A stretch of 64,000 nucleotides of DNA, taken from the NCBI GenBank assembly GCA_965243025.1, contig CBDETY010000003.1:2368001-2432000 (forward strand). Reading direction: 5' to 3'. Below, one piece after another: positions 57,538 to 64,000 of this stretch. Every line of letters starts with the position of its first letter. Position 1 is the stretch's first letter. The notes under the pieces are model-generated. The model was not told where the DNA came from, did no database searches, and was given only the letters and a program-made list of their open reading frames with translations. This DNA is from Candidatus Latescibacterota bacterium (GTDB lineage Bacteria > Latescibacterota > UBA2968 > UBA8231). The position numbers were made by a program, and so were the translations under genes.

Positions 57538-58338
57538 ATGGCGGAATCCAACATGGTAAAACCCAGAAGCATCAACAGGGACCAACGACTGATCGCCAGC
57601 GTCGTCAGTCTGGCCGGGGGCATTTTTTACATAGCTGTCCTGAGCTTTGTTTTCGATCATCCCGATTCCATCGCGGGCGACTTCCTGCTGGATCGCAACT
57701 CCAGAAACTTCACCTACCCGTTCACCATCCAGAACCTCATGTGGCTGTTGTTCTGGTTCGGGTGCGGCGAACTGTTTGTGCGGTTCAACCAGGCCAAGCT
57801 CGAAATGGAGCAGATTTCCAAAGGTTATCTGCCGGAAGGTGACGAGGTAATGCTTCAGGCCCACGAATTGGGGCCCTTGCACCAGAAATCCATGCCCGTC
57901 GCCAGGGAACGGACCTTTTTCCTGCCGCGTCTGATCGTGCGCTGCATCCTGCAATTCCAGGGAAGCCGCTCCGTCAACCAGGCCAACTCCCTGCTCAATT
58001 CCTCCCTCGAGTTGTTCCAGCACGAGCTCGACCTCAAATACTCGATGCTGCGCTACCTCGTCTGGCTCATTCCGACGATGGGTTTTGTGGGCACTGTTCT
58101 CGGCATCGCCTTGTCCCTGGACTACGCGGCGAAAATCGTGGACCCCCATGACCCGGACTTGCTGCGCCAGATCACCGGGCGGCTCGGGGTCGCCTTCTAC
58201 ACCACCCTGCTTGCCCTGGTCCAGTCCATTCTTCTGGTGTTTGCGCTCCACATTGCCCAAAACCGGGAGGAAATGGCCCTGAACCTGTCCGGGCAGTACT
58301 GCCTGGACAACCTGATCAACCGCCTCTACGAAAAGTAA
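57538..58338 (+). CDS. MotA/TolQ/ExbB proton channel family protein
   Basis: LIPTMGFVGTVLGI and LGVAFYTTLLAL helices; GAAGGAG RBS. Confidence 0.85.
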   Translation: MAESNMVKPRSINRDQRLIASVVSLAGGIFYIAVLSFVFDHPDSIAGDFLLDRNSRNFTYPFTIQNLMWLLFWFGCGELFVRFNQAKLEMEQISKGYLPEGDEVMLQAHELGPLHQKSMPVARERTFFLPRLIVRCILQFQGSRSVNQANSLLNSSLELFQHELDLKYSMLRYLVWLIPTMGFVGTVLGIALSLDYAAKIVDPHDPDLLRQITGRLGVAFYTTLLALVQSILLVFALHIAQNREEMALNLSGQYCLDNLINRLYEK

Positions 58339-58391
58339 ATCTCCTTCGAGAAACTCCGCGTCTCAGGGAACCCCAAGGAAGGAAGGGAACC

Positions 58392-59045
58392 ATGCCGGTT
58401 TTTCGCCGCCCCGATGGAAACATAACCGAGAAAAAAACCGGGAAATCAGAGAAGGATTCCCCGCCGCCCGACCAGGCCAACAGGCCGCTGCCGCCGGCAT
58501 CTCAGGAAGGGGGTCAAGCCGCTCCCCCCGGTCGTTTCGATGCTGCCACCAAGCGGATGGAGACAGACCCTTCACCACCCCGCCCTGGAGATGACGAGAA
58601 AACACGGCTGGTCGGTGGACGGGCGCCGCGGTCAGACAAAGGGGTCGTCCAGGAAAGCGCCGCGGAAAGCCGCGGGATGGACGATCCGGTCGTTGGATGG
58701 CTGGTGATCGTCGAGGGGCCGGGAAAGGGCCGGGCGGTGCAACTGGGGTATGGATCCAATTCCCTCGGGCGCGGCGCAACCGACCGCGTCAAGCTCGATT
58801 TCGGCGACGACCAGATTTCCCGGAATGGCCATGCGGTGGTCACCTACGACCCCCGCGGCCGGAAGTTCTACGTGCAGCACGGGGGCGGCACCAACCTGAC
58901 GTATCTCGGCGATCAGCCGGTCTTGACTCCGGCAGAGTTGCCGCCAATGGGCCGGATCGGAATCGGGAATACCGTTCTCCGGTTCGTGCCCTTCTGCGGT
59001 ACGGAGTTCGACTGGCAGGACTCGGAAGAAAGCGAAGACGCTTGA
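58392..59045 (+). CDS. FHA domain protein with disordered Pro/Thr-containing N-terminus
   Basis: DPVVGWLVIVEGPGKG, SLGRG, DDQISRNGHA, TNLTYL. Confidence 0.85.
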   Translation: MPVFRRPDGNITEKKTGKSEKDSPPPDQANRPLPPASQEGGQAAPPGRFDAATKRMETDPSPPRPGDDEKTRLVGGRAPRSDKGVVQESAAESRGMDDPVVGWLVIVEGPGKGRAVQLGYGSNSLGRGATDRVKLDFGDDQISRNGHAVVTYDPRGRKFYVQHGGGTNLTYLGDQPVLTPAELPPMGRIGIGNTVLRFVPFCGTEFDWQDSEESEDA

Positions 59046-59920
59046 GCGAAAGCGGTCGCTGTGCCGCGGGGCAAATCCGCGGCAAACGGAGCTGCCAGGA
59101 AGACGACTACGGCTTCGTCGATGCACGCGCCCTCGGAACAGACCGTAACGAACACTCCCTGTTACTGGTGGCCGACGGCATGGGCGGCCACGCCGGCGGC
59201 GCCACTGCCAGCGGTCTTCTGAGAAAGACCTTTGTCGAGGCCTACCCGCGGGCTTCCGGGCCGATCGTCCATCGCCTTCAAGGTTGTCTCCAATCGGCCA
59301 ATGCAGCCATGGCGGACGCCGTTGACCAGAATCCCGAGCTGGCCGGCATGGGTTCCACCCTGGTCGCGGCCGTCGTCTCCGCCGGGGGCCTGAACTGGAT
59401 CAGCGTCGGGGATTCCCCGTTGTGGTTGTTCCGCAAGGGCGCGCTGGAGCGGTTGAACGCAGACCACTCCATGGCACCGGTCCTCGCCGACCTCGTTTCC
59501 ACCGGGCGGATGACCGAAGAGGACGCCGCCCGGGATCCCGCCCGGCATTCGCTCAGGTCCGCGGTCACGGGCGAGGACATACATCTGGTTGACATATCGC
59601 CGCAACCGGTTCCCGTGGAGAATGGCGACCGGCTGCTGTTGGCCAGCGACGGGTTGATGACCCTCGGAGACCGGGAGATCTCCGGTATCCTTGCCGAAAC
59701 GCAGGAGGCGCCGTTGGAGGACAGCGCCGCGGCCCTTATCCAGGCAGTGGAAGCCGCGAGCAATCCCCGCCAGGACAACACCACTCTTCTGTTGTACGCC
59801 CCCGCCGGAGGCACCCAACCCCCCGGGGCCGATGTGGCCGGGTCGGAAGCCGACCGGGGCATTCCCCGCCTGAAACGCTGGGCGAGACTGTTTGGCAGAT
59901 CCGCAGGACGGAAACAGTAG
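59042..59920 (+). CDS. PP2C/PPM family Ser/Thr phosphatase
   Basis: RSCQED, VADGMGGHAGG, GMGSTL, VGDS, LASDGL, QDNTT; TTG start overlaps upstream stop. Confidence 0.9.
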   Translation: MSESGRCAAGQIRGKRSCQEDDYGFVDARALGTDRNEHSLLLVADGMGGHAGGATASGLLRKTFVEAYPRASGPIVHRLQGCLQSANAAMADAVDQNPELAGMGSTLVAAVVSAGGLNWISVGDSPLWLFRKGALERLNADHSMAPVLADLVSTGRMTEEDAARDPARHSLRSAVTGEDIHLVDISPQPVPVENGDRLLLASDGLMTLGDREISGILAETQEAPLEDSAAALIQAVEAASNPRQDNTTLLLYAPAGGTQPPGADVAGSEADRGIPRLKRWARLFGRSAGRKQ

Positions 59921-59993
59921 GGGGTCAGCCGGGAGGCCGGGGAAGCAGAAAAGGTGCCTTGGCGGCCCTGCGATACACACACGGTCCGGTCTG

Positions 59994-61979
59994 ATGGGTG
60001 AGGAACAACAGCATCGCCTGGCGCTGCCGAAGGGGACTCGCATTCGCGACTTCGAGTTCCACCGGGTTCTCGGCCACGGCGGGTTCGGGATCACCTACCT
60101 GGGGTGGAACATCACCCTGGATATTCCCGTCGCGATCAAGGAGTACTTCCCCTCGGACCTGGCTACTCGCGAACGGAACCTGTCCGTCGTTCCGCAGACA
60201 GCCCAGGCTGCCCCTGATTTCAAATGGGGCCTCGAGCGCTTCCTGGACGAAGCCCGCATCCTCGCCCGCTTTCAACACCCCGGCATCGTCCGCATCCATC
60301 ACTTCTTCGAAGCCCACCGCACCGCCTATATCGCGATGGAATACGTGGAGGGAGAAAGTCTGTCCGCATATCTGAAGCGCAAGGGAACCCTGAGCGAAAA
60401 GGAACTGAAAGGAATATTGGATCCGTTGCTGGGCGCTTTGGAAGTGGTCCATCGAGCAGACTTTCTGCACCGGGACATCAAGCCCGCCAACATCGTCCTC
60501 CGGGCAAAGGACGGCTCCCCGGTGTTGCTGGACTTCGGCGCGGCGCGTCAGGCAATGGGCGCCAGGAGCCGCTCGGTCACGTCGATAGTTACCCCGGGGT
60601 ATGCGCCGATCGAACAGTATTCGACCCGGGCTGCCCAGGGAGAGTGGACGGACATTTACGCCCTGGGAGGGGTCTGTTATCGGGCGTTGACTGGAGAGAG
60701 CCCCTTCGATGCAACCGACCGGATGCGGAACGACCCGCTGGTTCCGGTGGCGCAACGATGCGCGGGCAAAGCCAGTCCGGGATTTCTCGCGGCGATAGAT
60801 GCGGCCCTGGCGGTCGATGCCCCGGACCGTCCCCAGAGCATTCCGGCGTGGCGAGAGTCCTTCAGCGATGCCGGGAAAGTCCGCAGGCCCCGGAAGAACC
60901 TCCCATACAGGCTTGTTGCAGCAGCCTTGGGGTTGGTTGCTCTCCTGATCGGTGGCGAAAGGTATATGGAGCACGCCGCACAGGCGGCAGCAGAGGAGAA
61001 ACGGCTGGAACAGGAAACGCTGGAGAGACAGGCTCGGGAGCAAGCCGCCCTGGAGAAACAGCGCCGGGAAAAGGAAGCGTTGGAGAAACAGCAACGGCGC
61101 AAACAAGCGTCGCTGAAGGAAAAGCGTCAGGAACAAGCCGCCCTGGAGGAACAGCGCCAGGACCGGGCGGCGTTGGAGAAGCAGCGGCGGGAAAAAGCGG
61201 CGCTGGAAATACAGCGTCAGGAAGAGGCGGTACTGGAGAAACAACGTCAGGAACGGGCCGCGTTGGAGAAGCAGCGGCGGGACGCTGCATTGGAAAAGCA
61301 ACGCCTGGAAGGTGCGGCATTGGAGAGACAGACTCAGGAACAGGCATTTGTTGCAGAGGTGGGACGCCCCCCCAACCCCGGTGGGATGAACAACGGCGAC
61401 ACCGATCTGCATACCGCCGCCCGGTTGAACCTGCCCCTGTTGACGGTATCCCTGCTCGAGCAGGGAGCTGATGTCCACGCCGGGAACAAGGACGACTGGA
61501 CACCCCTCCACGTTGCCGCCGGGGAGAACGCTTCGGCATCCGCCGAAGTCCTGCTTCAGCGGGGAGCTGACGTCCACGCAAAGAACAAGGACGGCTGGAC
61601 ACCCCTCCACGTTGCCGCCAGGGAGAACGCTTCGGCAACGGCCGAGCTCCTGCTCGAACAGAAAGCCGATGTCAACGCCAGGGAAAAATTGTTCGGCTGG
61701 ACGCCGCTGCACCTGGCCGCGGCAAAAGAGGATGCTTCTGCAACCGCCGAGATCCTGCTGAAACAGAAAGCCGATTTGAACGCCAGGGACAAATTCGGCT
61801 GGACTCCGCTGCACTCTGCGGCATCCAACAATTCTTATGAGACAGCCGAGGTTTTGTTGAACAGGGGGGCCGATGTCAACGCCAAGGACAATCACGGCTG
61901 GGGACCGCTCTACTGGGCGTCGCGAAAAAATGCCTCCGAGGCCGCGGCCGTCCTGCGCAGTCACGGCGCTCGACAGTAA
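59994..61979 (+). CDS. Hanks-type Ser/Thr kinase + TM + coiled-coil repeats + ankyrin repeats
   Basis: LGHGGFGITY, VAIKE, HRDIKPAN, LDFG, YAPIEQ, DIYALG; TM LVAAALGLVALLIG; LEKQRxExAA repeats; GWTPLH ankyrins. Confidence 0.92.
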   Translation: MGEEQQHRLALPKGTRIRDFEFHRVLGHGGFGITYLGWNITLDIPVAIKEYFPSDLATRERNLSVVPQTAQAAPDFKWGLERFLDEARILARFQHPGIVRIHHFFEAHRTAYIAMEYVEGESLSAYLKRKGTLSEKELKGILDPLLGALEVVHRADFLHRDIKPANIVLRAKDGSPVLLDFGAARQAMGARSRSVTSIVTPGYAPIEQYSTRAAQGEWTDIYALGGVCYRALTGESPFDATDRMRNDPLVPVAQRCAGKASPGFLAAIDAALAVDAPDRPQSIPAWRESFSDAGKVRRPRKNLPYRLVAAALGLVALLIGGERYMEHAAQAAAEEKRLEQETLERQAREQAALEKQRREKEALEKQQRRKQASLKEKRQEQAALEEQRQDRAALEKQRREKAALEIQRQEEAVLEKQRQERAALEKQRRDAALEKQRLEGAALERQTQEQAFVAEVGRPPNPGGMNNGDTDLHTAARLNLPLLTVSLLEQGADVHAGNKDDWTPLHVAAGENASASAEVLLQRGADVHAKNKDGWTPLHVAARENASATAELLLEQKADVNAREKLFGWTPLHLAAAKEDASATAEILLKQKADLNARDKFGWTPLHSAASNNSYETAEVLLNRGADVNAKDNHGWGPLYWASRKNASEAAAVLRSHGARQ

Positions 61980-62080
61980 AAAAAAGACGGCCGGGGTTTA
62001 TTCAGAAACATGGCACACCACAACCGAGTGACTCATTCGCTCACGGCCTCCCGGCACAACCGCCAACTGAGGACAGGCCC

Positions 62081-64000
62081 ATGAAAACCTGGTTGTACAA
62101 ACCCGCCTGTCTGGCGATAGCGGGTCTTTTTCTTTCGCCTCGCGCAGGCCATGTCTCCCCCTTCCCTATCGACTGGTCGATCTCCTGCCGGCCGCTCGAC
62201 GCGGAGCAGTGGGAGGAAGGTCACCCCGGCGGCCATGCCGCCAAGTTGCTCTCCGCGAACGCCGACCAGACGCGCGACGTGAAGTTGATCTACTTCATTC
62301 CCAACGACCGCACGTTCGACTCCGACGTGGTCGACTCGATAAAAGTCAGGATTCCCCGCATCCAGACTTTTTTTCGGGACCAGATGCAGGCGCACGGCCG
62401 CGGCACGAAGACCTTCCAGTTTGAAACCGACGCCCAGGGAGATCCCGTGGTGCATCGCGTGGACGCGCCGAACTCCGACGACAGCTATCTCCGCTCTTAC
62501 CGTAGGGTCGGCATCGGCAACGTGCTCAGGGATCTGAGACCGGCGTTTGATTCCAGCAGCAGCATTCTGTTCATCGTCGCCGACCACAGCACCTACGACA
62601 ATCTCGGTTGGGGAAACGTGGCCGGGTTCGGCGGGCGGGCAGGCAAGAACAGCGGCTACGCCCTTGTTCCCGCCAGCTTCATTGACGAAACCGCGGCTCA
62701 CGAACTCGGCCATGCCTTCGGGTTGCAGCACGATTTCAACGACAATGCCAACATCATGTCGTACGGCCCGGGATGGAACCGGTTATCCGCGTGCAGCGCC
62801 GGGTTCCTGGCCGCGCATCCCTACTTCGATTCCGGCGTCCCGATTGAGGAGCAGCAGACCTGGGACCTTCTGGCGCCGGCCGTCGATCTCGTTTCCCCCC
62901 TCAGGTATGCGGCGGGCTCAAAGAGCTTGTCAGTTCAATTCAGAATCACCGCCCCGGGAAATCCGGGGCTTCACCAGGTGCTTTTCTTCCTCAAATCAAG
63001 GGCGCCCCACCCTGCCGCCGGATCGCATGAAGTAAAGGGATGCCATGACCTGCATGGCGTGCAGGATACCGTCGTTGTATTCCAGCATGACGGGGTGATC
63101 CCGTCGAAGGGCTCGGGAAATCTTTCCGACTCCCCTGCGCATTACCTGTCCGTACAGGCAGTCGATACCGATGGGAACGCCAATTCCGGCCCTTATAAAG
63201 ATTCTCATTTCGTTCTGGCGGAAGATTCTCCCCACCACCTCGCCACGCTTTTCAGGTATACGCGGGATACTTCGCCCGAGATCTATGGCGCGAAGTTTTC
63301 ACGGGACGGAACGATCCTGGCCGTCAGTTCGTCCGCGGGAATCCAGATCTGGAACACGGCGACTCGAGCCGCGGTCGGAAGTCTCAGCGGGGGAAGCTCC
63401 TGCCTGGCCTTTTCGCCCGACGGGACCACCCTCGCCTCCGGGTCCACCAGAACCGACGAGGCCAACATCGAGCTGTGGGACGTGGCCAACAAATCTCTGA
63501 TCGCCACCCTTCCGGGGCATACGGGAGGACCTACGGGGGTCCATTCCGTGGCGTTTTCGCCCGGCGGGGACACCCTCGCTTCAGGTTCGGGGGATCAGAC
63601 CATCAAGCTGTGGGACGTGGCAAACCGAACCCTTATCGCCACCCTCACCGGGCATGCGAGTCATGTCTTCTCGGTGGCCTTCTCGCCCGACGGTACGCTC
63701 GCTTCCGGGTCGCGGGACGGCGCCGTCAAGCTGTGGGACGCGGCATCGCAAACCAGTACAGCCACCCTGGAGGGAAATACAGGCAGGGTCCTCGACGTGG
63801 TGTTTTCCCCCGATGGATCCCTCCTCGCAGCGAGCACGGACGGGCCGATGCTGCTGTGGAACGTGGCGGCGAGAGATACGACCGCCGCCCTTCAGGGGCA
63901 CGGAGAGCCGTCGTTTTCTTCGGACGGGACCATCCTTGCCACCGGGGCAAGCCTGGGGGAGGTCCTGCTGTGGGACCTTGCGACGAAGGCAATCACCGCA
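62081..64000 (+). CDS. Secreted metzincin-like peptidase + WD40 protein (paralog of 43021 gene), runs off window edge
   Basis: Manual translation (absent from ORF track): MKTWLYKPACLAIAGLFL...VKLIYFIPNDR...FETDAQGDPVVHRVD...HELGHAFGLQHDF...IMSYG, then WD40 repeats. Confidence 0.82.
   Translation, partial: MKTWLYKPACLAIAGLFLSPRAGHVSPFPIDWSISCRPLDAEQWEEGHPGGHAAKLLSANADQTRDVKLIYFIPNDRTFDSDVVDSIKVRIPRIQTFFRDQMQAHGRGTKTFQFETDAQGDPVVHRVDAPNSDDSYLRSYRRVGIGNVLRDLRPAFDSSSSILFIVADHSTYDNLGWGNVAGFGGRAGKNSGYALVPASFIDETAAHELGHAFGLQHDFNDNANIMSYGPGWNRLSACSAGFLAAHPYFDSGVPIEEQQTWDLLAPAVDLVSPLRYAAGSKSLSVQFRITAPGNPGLHQVLFFLKSRAPHPAAGSHEVKGCHDLHGVQDTVVVFQHDGVIPSKGSGNLSDSPAHYLSVQAVDTDGNANSGPYKDSHFVLAEDSPHHLATLFRYTRDTSPEIYGAKFSRDGTILAVSSSAGIQIWNTATRAAVGSLSGGSSCLAFSPDGTTLASGSTRTDEANIELWDVANKSLIATLPGHTGGPTGVHSVAFSPGGDTLASGSGDQTIKLWDVANRTLIATLTGHASHVFSVAFSPDGTLASGSRDGAVKLWDAASQTSTATLEGNTGRVLDVVFSPDGSLLAASTDGPMLLWNVAARDTTAALQGHGEPSFSSDGTILATGASLGEVLLWDLATKAITA

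Noticed and set aside
56561-58338. Zorya (ZorAB) or canonical TolQR/ExbBD call
   Set aside because: No OmpA-like peptidoglycan-binding domain, no long ZorA tail, no ZorC/D/E or TonB/TolA; reported instead as an unassigned motor pair.

Overview
High-GC bacterial DNA with no rRNA, tRNA, CRISPR array or recognisable transposase. The abundance of eukaryote-like repeat proteins and FlgD-Ig/T9SS-CTD-like tails suggests an uncultured host-associated lineage such as a Latescibacterota/Gemmatimonadota-like sponge symbiont (inference only). The left part (1-21 kb) holds repair and catabolic genes (photolyase, TM0106 nuclease-helicase, GlcD-like oxidase, enolase-superfamily enzyme plus a pseudogene paralog, DUF2961/GH172, nudC, nth, TIM-barrel, SDR) and three type II toxin-antitoxin pairs. 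The middle (21-35 kb) has secreted beta-propeller/ankyrin proteins and a tightly coupled operon: POTRA-less Omp85 barrel, signal-peptide-bearing protein with PI3/4K/HipA-like kinase motifs, and an Npt/TLC-type nucleotide transporter. This operon is the best candidate for an undescribed system (extracytoplasmic phosphorylation with its own ATP supply). The right part (36-64 kb) is a co-oriented island: a WYL regulator preceded by two GGACA-N5-TGTCC palindromes, giant modular surface proteins (CARDB, YWTD, WD40, LRR, metzincin), collagen-stalk lipoproteins, and a six-gene cluster (pseudo-trypsin-FHA, ExbD-like vWA, ExbB/MotA, FHA, PP2C, Ser/Thr kinase-ankyrin), the second candidate system. All calls come from reading motifs by eye; no searches were run.
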